In this document: positions 49,113-61,074 of the stretch, piece by piece | Position numbering within the stretch: the first letter of the stretch is position 1 | Layout: each line of letters opens with the position of its first letter | Assembly (NCBI RefSeq): GCF_023055435.1 | Contig: NW_025963779.1 | Span: forward strand, 90,458,001 to 90,522,000 | Length of the DNA: 64,000 bases | Reading direction: 5' to 3' | DNA from: Haliotis rufescens | Lineage: Eukaryota | The notes under the pieces: model-generated | What the model was told of the DNA's origin: nothing | Seen by the model: the letters and a program-made list of their open reading frames with translations, nothing else | The model's database searches: none | Made by a program: the position numbers and the translations under genes

Positions 49113-49526
49113 CAGGGCTGGGACGAGTCCAAATTTACTACCCCGATACCTGACCCCCTTTTGCCAGACCCCCTTTTGCCAGACCCTTCCGTGGTACCTG
49201 CTGTAGGTCTCAAGAGTTGGGTAGAAAATGTCCAACTGAAATTGTTTCACCGGAGCCCTGTAAAACAAAATTTAGATGCATGTTAAAAACGATCTGATCA
49301 TGCATACACAAGAGTTGACAGAAGCTTTATCTTTACTCAAAAATAACGAAGTTAGAAGTAATGCATGCAACTTTAGAGTAACCCTGCAGTTTTATTGTTT
49401 TTTTGTCATTAGACAATATATCACATGACTAACCACAGGTCCAGGACTTCAGGTACTCCAGTGGGTACCCGGGTCCTACTCAGGACCCACTTGACCCGAG
49501 TTCCAGAGTTACTCGTGCCAGCCCTA
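49113..49526. mobile_element. hAT-like MITE (second copy in the duplicate at ~50798-51319)
   Basis: TIR CAGGGCTGGGACGAG / CTCGTGCCAGCCCTA; subterminal sequence shared with 59257-59663 and ~21545-21635; no clean TSD. Confidence 0.6.
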
Positions 49527-51127
49527 GTCTGCTCACATGTTCAATTACAGGGAGGCTGATTGTTATTCTTGGTCTGCTTACGGAAAGTTTTGTTCTGCGG
49601 ATTATTTTTCATTTGATTTATAGTGACTTTTTGGTCTACATGAAGATTGTTGGTCAAGAGATCCTTTTCATTGTATTTATGATGAAAGGCAAAGATTTAC
49701 AGGGTCCCCAGAAAAAGGCACCACTAATCCCCAGAAACTCAGAAACCACCTTAATTTCAACAGGAAATTGATGGGATAAGAGATTATTGTCCCCTGCCAT
49801 GAAGGGGAAGTGGGATTTAGGAATGGGTGCTGTCCGTCACATTTTGTTTCCGGGGCAGAACTCACGACCCATAAGAGATACCTTGAGCAAACTTGGCACA
49901 TAGATAGGTCTAGTGGTGAACTAGTGCCTTTTGATAGTTTGGGATTTTTTAAACATTTATCTTCCGAGGTTCCATGGCAAAGACTTTGACAGGGGGATAC
50001 AAGTATTTCATGCTTGTTTTGTTTTGACGAAAGTGCTCAGATAAGCTTTATGGCCTAAAGTGGTCAGTCTGCATGTTTTCATGTCCTTTTATATCTAGAA
50101 TAAATTTGATTGTAAATTAATTCATTTACTTGGAATATTGATATTGCAGACTTGCAAATGTTCGGTCTCAGTAGGGGCGCAAAGACTATACTTACAAATT
50201 GGTTTAGAAGTTTGTCAGGGTGCTTATTTAAAGCAGTGCGTTTAATACTGCAAATAAGGTACAAGTTTTGTTCCTACTTCTGTAATTGGGCAACTGCGGA
50301 TATTCCAGGGCAGAACAGTCTCCATTCTCCATTGCTTGAGCTGGGGGCATGTATGACCTAGCTGATGAGTCGTCATACTCCAGCAAGGAATAGCGGTCTT
50401 GCTAATAATCGATGCCTTTCCTGGCCCAGACTCAACTATTTACAGTCCGGGTGATACAGCTGGAATATTGCTGACTGGTGGAAAACTTGCACCAACTTTA
50501 TGATGCAGCGCTGTTAACTGTTCAGTGTATGTGTGATCTAGTCATGAGAAATTATATAATATGAATGTTGACATAACTTGGAAAATGAAGTCTTCAAATC
50601 TACTTCCTGCTGCTATTTTTGTATATCCAAGATATTTGTGCTCATTGATATGCGTGTATAACATTGCCGAGGTTTCAGTCATATATTTTGAGGTTATGGA
50701 TATAGTGTACAGTTTGTGAAACCAACATGTATCCTGTCGGCTTTGTTAGGCTGGACAAACTTTCATTTCTCACCATTGCCAAAGTGGTCAGTGTGTGCAG
50801 GGCTGGGACGAGTCCAAATTTACTACCCCGATACCTGACCCCCTTTTGCCAGACCCCCTTTCGCCAAACCCCTCCGGGGTACCTGCTGTAGGTCTCAAGA
50901 GTTGGGTAGAAAATGTCCAACTGAAATTGTTTCACCGGAGCCCTGTAAAACAAAATTTAGATGCATGTTAAAAACGATCTGATCATGCATACACAAGAGT
51001 TGACTGAAGCTTTATCTTTACTCAAAAATAAGGAAGTTAGAAGTAATGCATGCAACTTTATAGTAACCCTGCAGTTTTATTGTTTCTTGTCATTGACAAT
51101 ATATCACATGACTAACCACAGGTCCAG

Positions 51128-51234
51128 GGCCCACTTGCACAAAACGATCTTAGCGCTAAGACTATTGTAAGCCTATGCTAAAGTATGGGAGTAACAATCA
51201 TCTTAGCGCTAAGATCGCTTTGTGCAAGTGGGCC
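51128..51234. mobile_element. PIF/Harbinger-type MITE, 107 bp, TSD CAG
   Basis: Perfect 16-bp TIR GGCCCACTTGCACAAA; the empty site is visible at 49441 in the other duplicate. Confidence 0.9.
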
Positions 51235-51577
51235 CAGGACTTCAGGTACTCCAGTGGGTACCCGGGTCCTACTCAGGACCCACTTGACCCGAGTTCCAGA
51301 GTTACTCGTGCCAGCCCTAGTCTGCTCACATGTTCAATTACAGGGAGGCTGATTGTTATTCTTGGTCTGCTTACGGAAAGTTTTGTTCTGCGGATTTTTT
51401 TTCATTTGATTTATAGTGACTGTTTGGTCTACATGAAGATTGTTGGTCAAGAGATCCTTTTCATTGTATTTATGATGAAAGGCAAAGATTTACAGGGTCC
51501 CCAGAAAAAGGCACCACTAATCCCCAGAAACTCAGAAACCACCTTAATTTCAACAGGAAACTGATGGGATAAGAGAT

Positions 51578-51826
51578 TATTGTCCCCTGCCATGAAGGGG
51601 AAGGGGGATATAGGAATGGGTGCTGTCCGTCACATTTTGTTTCCGGGGCAGAACCAGAGATACCTTGAGCAAACTTGGCACATAGATAGGTCTAGTGGTG
51701 AACTAGTGCCTTTTGATAGTTTGGGATTTTTTAAACATTTATCTTCCGAGGTTCCATGGCAAAGACTTTGATTTGGACTGAATATAGCGGTATTGGCAGG
51801 GGGATACAAGTATTTCATGCTTGTTT
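51578..51826 (+). mobile_element. Short Helentron-like (HINE) element; duplicate at ~49785-50016
   Basis: TGTCCCCTGCC...AGGGGGATATAG, GTCC remnant, GGCAGGGGGATA subterminal repeat, CAAGTA-TTTCA-TGCTTG hairpin. Confidence 0.55.
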
Positions 51827-52396
51827 TGTTTTGACGAAAGTGCTCAGATAAGCTTTATGGCCTAAAGTGGTCAGTCTGCATGTTTTCATGTCCTTTTATA
51901 TCTAGAATAAATTTGATTGTAAATTAATTCATTTACTTGGAATATTGATATTGCAGACTTGTGAATAGCTTGAATAAAGTGTGCAACACTGTCTACAAGT
52001 TGTTTTGTTTCCTGGCATGCAATGCAGAGTGATGAATCATCATGTCGATCTTTTCAGCCATCTGTTGGAGCCACGGATGGCCCAATCATCAAAGCTGTCA
52101 CAATTGACTGTGCAGAGTGGTGTCCCTTAGGTGTGCAAGGATCCTATAATTGTAAGGTGGCCCTGATCATTATCCTTGGTTTGTCAGCAGCATAACTGCT
52201 GGTGAATTTCACTTTGGGTTTACTCACACATTAATCTGATGCGCCGGCATGTGACTGAAAGTAGAGTTAAACCTGACTCACTCATTCATCCTCTGCAATC
52301 ACTTTGTTTTCAGAGCATAACACATCCCAGCACTCTGTTGCTCAAGTCATACAAGGCAACGAAATGGATCAAGTGGTCAGACTTGATGACTTGATT

Positions 52397-52831
52397 GCGG
52401 AGTGCAGTGTTAAACAACAAACTGTTACAGACCGCTGTCACATAGCCGGAATGTTGCTGAGTGCAGTGTTAAACAACAAACTGTTACAGACCGCCGTCAC
52501 ATAGCCGGAATGTTGCTGAGTGCAGTGTTAAACAACAAACTGTTACAGACCGCTGTCACATAGCTGGAATGTTGCTGAGTGCAGTGTTAAACAACAAACT
52601 GTTACAGACCGCCGTCACATAGCCGGAATGTTGCTGAGTGCAGTGTTAAACAACAAACTGTTACAGACCGCCGTCACATAGCAGGAATGTTGCTGAGTGC
52701 AGTGTTAAACAACAAACTGTTACAGACCGCCGTCACATAGCAGGAATGTTGCTGAGTGCAGTGTTAAACAACAAACTGTTACAGACCGCCGTCACATAGC
52801 AGGAATGTTGCTGAGTGCAGTGTTAAACAAC
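52397..52831. repeat. 59-bp tandem array (about 7 copies) derived from the 3' end of SINE S2
   Basis: Unit TTACAGACCGCCGTCACATAGCCGGAATGTTGCTGAGTGCAGTGTTAAACAACAAACTG matches the S2 tail at ~10814-10870. Confidence 0.88.
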
Positions 52832-55449
52832 ATACAAAAACAAGACAAATAAACTTCAAACTAAGGCAACAAAATATAAAAACACAAAATGAAATAAAGG
52901 TGTATGATCATGATGAAATTACTTAACGTTAGCAGATCATAGCAGTTCAGCTTGGTGACGAATTTCATTACCTATTCAGATGTGAAGCTCTTCTCTATTG
53001 GCAGTCTATGTACATACATAAAGATCTCTCCAAATGGCCTAATATGTATAAATTGAACAAAATGTTTATCTAGCATTAGAGTGAAAGATATGAAAAACTT
53101 TTCCAAATTCATCAATACCATCTTTAGAAATGTTGACGCTGTTAAAAAACATGTATGAGATTCTTGTCACTTTAAATTTGTCATATTTCATTGTGACTTA
53201 TGACCTCTATATGCATTTGAAAATACCCCTGTCATCTTGATATTAATATTATGTATGAATTTATATTATAATTTTTTCTCATGTACCACCATTGGTGTGT
53301 TTCTCTGAGAATAAACTAAACTGATCTACAGCTATTGGCACACTCCATACACAATCAACTAAGAATGAATAGACTGAATATTATACAAGTAGTAATAGCT
53401 AACATCACAGAATCCTAACATACTAACCACATACTAGTATGCAATGTTTGACTACTATGCAATGTTTGACATTGCATATGAATCCTGTATTTACTCAATT
53501 AGGAAAATGTAGCATTCACTCAAACATTCATAATAAGAAATATAAAAGAAAAGTGAGAAGCATCTAAAAAGTTAACTTAGGCCTAATTAATTATTTTATT
53601 AAGAACTAAGCGCCGTGATCAACGTACAAGATATAAACATTTTACTAATACTGGAATAACATTAAACATAACTCGGGACACATAAGTTATATTATTACAT
53701 AACACATACAAAGATAGTATCTAGCAATTCTACATATTAATCACCTTAACAATCTTATGGTTGTCCAAAGATCTGTCACTTGTGTTGTGCCAAGTGCAAC
53801 ATGGATTAAAGTAGTTTGAACAAGTTGATGAAATCAAGGTATGGGTTACAGTAGAACAAACAAAGCCATTAACATGCACCAAACCCATCCATCTTTTACT
53901 TTCAGAAGCCCGAAATTGATGCTGAGGTAAGAAACTACTTTACCAACAACTTAAAAATAATGCCAGAGAAATAAAAGAACCTGAGTAGATAAGTATATTT
54001 ACAAGAAAACTATATATGAACACTGCCACAATCTCTGGATTGATGATTATTTACAGGCTGTCAACATTTGAAGGAGTGAGTGAGAGGTTTTATGCTACTT
54101 TTAGCAATATTCCAGCAATATCACAAAATGGGAACACCAGAAATGGGCTTCACACAATATGTACACATGAGGGCAATAAACCAGGTTTTCCACGTGATGA
54201 GCGAACACTTTAGCCACTAGGCCACACCTTTTAAATTTTATGTTTCACACATTTATTCCAACTTTTCCACACAAGGTTGGTCAAAATAAATATAAATAGC
54301 TATGTCAATCATTTATTTATTTATATGAAAGTCAGTCTGCCATGGAGTTAAAACTGCAGGTGGCCTCTTGAATCACTGATAGTGCTGGAGACATCCAATT
54401 TATATATAACACTTTTCATTGTACATAAGAGGGACTAAATGCTACTAGCAGGAGACATAATAATTTTTATATTATTTTGTTCGTTTCATTTATTTCTTTT
54501 CCAGCTGCTTTTCAGTAGAGACAGCTGGCTTGAAATGAAAAATAAAAAATGTGTGGCCTTAATGTGGATGTCAACTTCTTTATATTGAGGAACATATTAT
54601 GTTTCGGAGTGTAGGTTGTAATAAAGAAGTGCCTCATTATAAAGAAGTTGACATGCATATATTCTCTGTCTTATGTGAATTCACTTCTAAATGCCATTCA
54701 AAGACTTGTCATAATTTAGCTTGAGTGTGGCGACAATAAACATCATAAAGCTTATTTAATAATTCACATACCTTGGGGTATAGATATTATGTGTGATCGG
54801 TCACACTCGAGTGAACATATTCTGGGGTAGTTTTGCAGTTAGCCTGGAGGTATAAGCATTGCTTGTCAGGATCATGGCCTCGCTTTGATTTTGACCTTGA
54901 CATTGCTGGAATATTGCTAAGAGCGGCACAAAACGATTGCTCTACATATGATTACTGGGGAGTCTTGCCCTAAATAAATATTTCAAATGCCATTCTCAAT
55001 TTGAACCCATAAAAGGCTCTCATGAAATACTTGGCACACAACTAAGTGGTCTTTTGACAATATAATGTTCCATTTTAATAAAGCTTCCTTAATGGAGAAG
55101 GATCCTATAACTCAGAGAGGAGATTAAGATAACTAATTGAAATCCTGGCATTAAACAAAAGCATCAACTTTCAAAAACTAAGAAAACAGAGTCGGGACAT
55201 TTATCAGATTATCGTCTGGCTTATTGTCATGAAAGGTCAAGGTTATCCGAGATCACAAGCCATGAATACCACCTCAGCAGTATCAATTACTCTTGGAAAA
55301 AGTATGGGCAAGGCAATTTAACAATATCAGCTACTGGTTCAAAGTTGTTTCATTCAGCTTTGGATTAATGAAATAGACCCAGAGCAAATAAATAAAAACT
55401 AGGATGTAGTTACAGAATCTAGATCTGCTATATATTTATACTTTTCGAT

Positions 55450-55670
55450 GTGGCCATTTTGACTTTTTTTTAACATGGCCATTTTGACAAAGATATATGA
55501 GGCCATTTTCCCGTGGCTGTCGGTGTAAATGTTGATAAGTGTCCACTTTGACCCGTTTCCCGCCAACAATGGCGGAGTTCGTCCTGTGGTTTTGAGAAGT
55601 AACTCAACTGCGTTTGGTGATAAGACTTATCAACAGTTGTTGGCGGAAGCAAGTGACCCAGAGTAAGCCT
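55450..55670 (+). promoter_or_regulatory. Putative promoter and non-coding first exon of the second ZNF gene
   Basis: CpG-rich patch, three GGCCATTTT motifs plus AATGGCGG (YY1-like), donor AGA|gtaagc at 55662. Confidence 0.4.
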
Positions 55671-58600
55671 TAGTATACAAAACAACACTGTTTGTACCGG
55701 TGTCTGGCAAAACTGCGTCTACTCGTACCAGTAAAAGAGTGTGTATTGAACCTAACGTTAGGAAAATGTAACCACTTAGTTTGAACGCAAATACGCGCCT
55801 GCCTTCCTGGTGAATTATGTCAACATGTACGATTTCATTGGATGACGTTGTATTTATGCACACAAATATAGGTCGAAAATGTACAATGTTCTGTTTTCAA
55901 ATCATACACATGTTGTGTAAAAACCCAAGCCACTATCAATATGAGTTTTAGCCCAATATCGTATTATGTGCTTAGAGGAATGGAACTGGTTTTTAAGAAG
56001 ATACTATGTTTTGAATGCGGGATCGACTTGAATGTAAAGAGGAAGAACGTAATCATCATTGAACTAAATGGCCGAATTGATGTCCTTGCGATCTTAACAT
56101 AATGTTGAAAAGCCTGTGCTTAAGATCAGGTAAAATAGTGAAACAAGCCTGATGACATTTACTGGCTTAGATCAAGATTTCAAACGTTCAAGCCAAACAA
56201 CAAAAATTGTGATTGTATTTTCTTGACGACTATCCGCGGGAATAGTTGTTACAGTGAGCATGAAATGTTACGAAAGACATTTTTATTATTGTGATATATT
56301 TTGTACACAAAGTAATTTATTATCAAAACGTTGATGATTTATTGGATTGTTGAAATTGAGTTGAGTCAGTAATGTAAATAACCTTTTTAATTTTTTTTTC
56401 ATCTGCAGCAGAGACCATATAATAGATTTTGACAGTAATTTCCAATTACAAAATGCAAAATTGTCACCAGGCTATTATAATTTAAATTTTGTGGTCCCTG
56501 AAGTCCCTTTCTCAAATAAATCATGACATAGCAGTATTTTATTAATACATAAATTTATAAATTGAAACTCGAGACTATCAATGAAAGTCTATACCTGTAT
56601 CATTTTGTCTTTGTGTTTTAATTATTATAAGGATGTAGTACATTGGTTGAAGGGCCAGTTACCAACGGTTCAGCGTGTTTTGAAATCATGCATGAAATCA
56701 TTTTCAAGTTGGATGTCACACCTTTTAATTCATGAACGATTCAATTCTCAAATAATAGAAATAATAGAGCTCCGCACAGGGAAGCCGACACCCCAAGAGC
56801 TGCTCAGAATAACTGGCTTGGGTCATGTTTTTGTTGTAGGCAAATTAACGAGAAAGCTTGTGTGTTATTTGTATGGATGAGTTGCGCGATGCTAATTGCC
56901 AGCTGGATTGGATGAGAAGCCAGTGCATGTTTATCAAAGCCTAATTATAAATGCCTTGGTCATATGAAGCCAATCACGTTGCAGAACACTCTTTTACTCA
57001 GAGGTCCTAGCGGCCAGTTTAGTACCTCCGCCACATCATTACATCTTACAAAGTCCATTCAAGATATTACATGGTAGACACAATTTTATGGATAACAACT
57101 TCTTTAATACTGTAATGCCGATGTTTCAGTATAGATCCTTATACCTTGCTTGACAATGGTATAAGGATCTATACCGAAACGTCACATTTTACAGTCATCC
57201 GTCAACTTCTAAGTAATGCCTATCAAACAATTCAAGATATTACATGTTTTATATTTGTATTTGACAAGTCTACACATTTAGATAAATATGAACATGTCAT
57301 GAATGTTTTACTTTCATTGAGAAAGTATCCTAAAATGTAAAAAACTATTTCCATTTGCGTAGTTATCCTTTGTTTACATTGGTTGTATGGCTCCACTGCT
57401 GTCATCAAAGCCCTACAGAGAGGTGGCGATATGGTCACTTTGATTTGTTTGCAAGCAAGAGCAAAATCTGTTCATATTAGGCGAGCATAGCAGAGTAGGT
57501 GGGGTTATCACATATTGTTTGCAAACAATGTTTTAACAGTTGGCCCAAAGTTGAGAAATTAATTTTTTGTAATGGCTTCGATTTAAATGTTTCTTCTGAA
57601 GCACGAGATTGCGACATGACCATGTTTATTTAACATGTGACTGATGCAGTTGGCAGGTATGTTTTCTCTTTGAAATTGAGGGGAGGTGAAATGGGGTTTA
57701 TCGTCGCATCCAAGATAATTGCACTTATATAGCGGCGTGCATGCTGGTAGGTGTGTGTTCTAGTCCAGACTGATGCCAATTTATAGTGCTAGCACACTGA
57801 GATACCATGCCGCAGTTTAACATGAATACCTGACTCAGACACAGTATACTGACTCCGAGCTGACCAGTCCTTGTTTTCGCCCCTTAATGCCAAGCGCCAG
57901 ACAGGGTAACAACAAGTACCAGCTTTTAAGGTCTTTTGGTAGGAACCTTTGGCTGATGCTCTACCACTAGACCACGGAGGCGGTCTCTCTTTAACAGAAC
58001 TGCATGTTCAAGTTGAAAAGGGGACACAAATTCCTTGGCAATAGCATCTTCATCTGACCCCCATCTGTTCCTTGACTTGGTTGATACATGTCATCATATC
58101 CCAATTGCACAGATGGGTGCTCATGATATCAATTACTGGATTGTCTGGTCCAGTCTCGATTATTTACAGACTGTTGTCATGTAGCTGGAAAATTGCTGAG
58201 TGTGGCGTTCAACAACAAACTAACAAAACAAAAATAATTCTGTATTTAGCAAAACTTGTGTTCTGGCAACGATCCTCTGACATCCATCCCATGTCCATCA
58301 GAAACAAACAAACATTCCATTTTTTCCACAGCAAGAGAGTGAATCTGCAATGCTTTTTGGTTGTTGCTTACAAAATAGCTGTGTTAAAATTATTTCGAAG
58401 GCCTCTGTTTTCCAAGTGATTCATGAACCAAAGTATACAGATAACTATTAATTTTGCAGGAATATACATTCTTTGACTTTTGTGACTATGGAATCTCATT
58501 GAAAATCATTAAAAATTTACCCATATATGAAGGAAAATGTTTTGTAGTGATGTGTTGAATAATTCAGTATGCAATAACATTACAAAGGGTGTCGGGAAGG

Positions 58601-59256
58601 TTTTGAGCCTAACTATGAAGGATGTATTGTACACCCTAATAACAGTTTCCATTTATCATGAACAATACACCTTACTTCAGGCTGTATAGGAACTGAATAC
58701 ACAACCAGACAGCATATTTCTGCCGACATCAAAGTGACTAGATATTGTTTGTTGATGAAAATGGACAAAATTGTCATCAAGTATCTCCGACTGAAAGGGC
58801 TTACTCTGACAGCCATGCATGCAGACATGATTTCAACTTTAGGGATGGTGCTCCTTCCTTCCAGAGTCCAAGAAGGGAAAAAAGAAAGCCTCGAAGATGA
58901 CCACGATCAGGAAGACCTTCAGTTGCCGCCATTACAGAAAATGTTGATAAAACACATGATATGATTATTGATGATCAACGACCCATAACACGTCAAGTGT
59001 CCAATACAGTAGGCATCTCTCGTGAGAAAGTCGAGAACATTGGGGAATGAACTGGGCATGACAAGGGTTTCAGCACACTGGGTTCCAAGGCTTCCGACTC
59101 ATGATCAGAAACACTCCAGGGTTATTATCTCTTCTGAGAAATTGTGTTATTTTGAAGAAGACCCAGCTGAATGTTGAGCGATTTGTAACCATGAATGAGT
59201 CATGTGTGTTTGCCACCATCAAACAGAGACTGAACAACAGTTAAAGCAGTGGAAAC

Positions 59257-59663
59257 TAGGGCTGGGACGGGTAACTCGGGTACTCGGATCGGGTGGGTAC
59301 TGAGTAGGACCTGTGTGCCCACAGGACTATCCGGACCCGTGGTTAGTCAGGTGATATATTGTTTAATGGGACAAATTATCTGGAACTCTATGGTTACACT
59401 ATAAGTGACTAATGTTCGTATTTCTTTCTGACTATGCGCCCATTCCTTTTGACTTTATATGTTTGAATAAAGATAAAACTTCTGTCAACTTCAGTGTATG
59501 CATGACCAGATCGTTTTATACGAGTATTTTTGCCAGGGCAACGGTCAAACTATTCCCAATCGGACATTTGGACCTATCTCTTGGGACCTACACGGGGTAC
59601 TCTAGTAGGGTCGGGTAACAGGGGTGTGTATCGGGTCGTAATTTTTGACACGTCGCAGCCCTA
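59257..59663. mobile_element. hAT-type MITE nested in the mariner
   Basis: TIR TAGGGCTGGGACG / CGTCGCAGCCCTA; perfect 8-bp TSD GTGGAAAC. Confidence 0.9.
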
Positions 59664-59775
59664 GTGGAAACATGTAGCATCTCTTCTTCTGAAGAAGACA
59701 AAGTCTGTTCCATTAGCTGGCAAGGGGATGGCTGTTGTATTCTGGAATTCCAAAGGAATCCTACTGGTGGACTTC

Positions 59776-60054
59776 TAGGGGTGAACCGATACATCGGTGC
59801 ATCGTGAGTTTAATGTGATGATACAATACACGATACATTTTTTTCTGTATCGATACAAGAGGATACACTTGCTGAAATACATTACTAACTTCTTGTTTAA
59901 TGACCTCAGAGTTTTTGTCAGTCAGATGTAGCAAACTGTGTTGTAATTACAAGAAGTTTCCATGTGATTTGAAGTAAATATGCATATAGCGATACAAATC
60001 GTGACCTAGGTATCATGATACGTATCGTATCATGGCAGTATCGTTTCACCCCTA
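59776..60054. mobile_element. Second hAT-type MITE nested in the mariner
   Basis: TIR TAGGGGTGAACCGATAC / GTATCGTTTCACCCCTA; TSD TGGACTTC / TGGACTAC. Confidence 0.88.
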
Positions 60055-60521
60055 TGGACTACTTCCCCAATGGTCAGACCATTAAAGGCCAATATTATGC
60101 TGATCTGTTAAAGCATCTGCAGGAGAATATCAAAGCAATACTACATGGAAAAGTCAGAAAGGTGTGTTGTCCGACCATGAGCACAAATATCCTGTCGCAT
60201 AGTTGCAATGCATGACTATGGCTTTGAACTCATTAGAACATCCTTCGTATTTACCAGATATGGTCAGATTTCCACCTCTTCCCAAACATGAAGAAAGAAC
60301 TGTCTGGCAAGCGTTATGCAAATGATGATGTCATTTCTGCCGTGAAAGACTTTTTACACCACCTGGAGGAAGTCTTCTATACCAATTGGATCCTGGTACT
60401 CCATCATCGTTGACAAAAGGGTGTGGGCCTCGGAGGGGATTATGATGAAAAGTAGTTGGTAACCAACACCATCACTGTAGCCAATCATGGTTCGGCTCAG
60501 AACTTTTCAGCCACCCCTCGT

Positions 60522-60789
60522 GGCCCAGTCGTCTAAGGCGCCGCGATTCGCTGTGCAGAGTTGCGTCCCTTGGGCTGCCAGAAACCTATGATTGTGGGTT
60601 CCAAATCCGGTTCGCCCCAATTATGTTTCTAGGTTTGTCAGCACCATACCCGTGCTCGTGGGTTTCACCGAAGTGGTAAACGTCTGAGACCTGCATCACT
60701 TCGGGCTTTCCTCCCACATTTAGCTGACACGCCGTGATATAACTGGAATAATGTTAAAAGCGGCGTTAAACCCAACTCACTCACTCACT
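60522..60789 (+). mobile_element. SINE S4 inserted in the mariner right TIR
   Basis: TSD CAGCCACCCCTC(G/A)T at 60508-60521 and 60790-60803; (ACTC) tail. Confidence 0.88.
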
Positions 60790-61074
60790 CAGCCACCCCT
60801 CATATTTTAGACAGATGAAAAACACTTATGTCTCCTGTACACCAGGAGACACGATTTGAGTCATCTTTATGACATCTGTATAGTTTTATTAAGACAACTT
60901 ATATGTCCATAAGAGCCTTTATCTGAAGCCCAGTGTTTTTTTGCCTCATATATAGACCATGTAGATTAGTTCTAGGAAGATCAGAGTTGTGATGGTAAAT
61001 GTTATTTTCATTTTACAGATGACTGTGGTGCCAAGGTAACCTGACCAGGATATATCCAGAGTCTGGTGTTTGTC

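Larger units (their letters stand above)
48492..51959. repeat. Tandem segmental duplication: 48492-50152 and 50153-51959
   Basis: Both copies start TGCAAATGTTCGGTCTCAG and end ATATTGCAGACT; they differ by substitutions and indels. Confidence 0.92.
58583..60802 (+). mobile_element. Decayed Tc1/mariner (mariner-type) transposon with three nested insertions
   Basis: TA-flanked degenerate TIRs (CAAAGGGTGTCGGGAAGGTTTTGAGCC vs reverse complement CGAGGGGTGGCTGAAAAGTTCTGAGCC). Transposase fragments VIKYLRLKG, SLEDD, WVPRL, VFWNSKGILLVD, GQTIKGQYYADLL, FHLFPNMKKEL, GDYDEK*. About 1.24 kb after removing the insertions. Confidence 0.9.
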
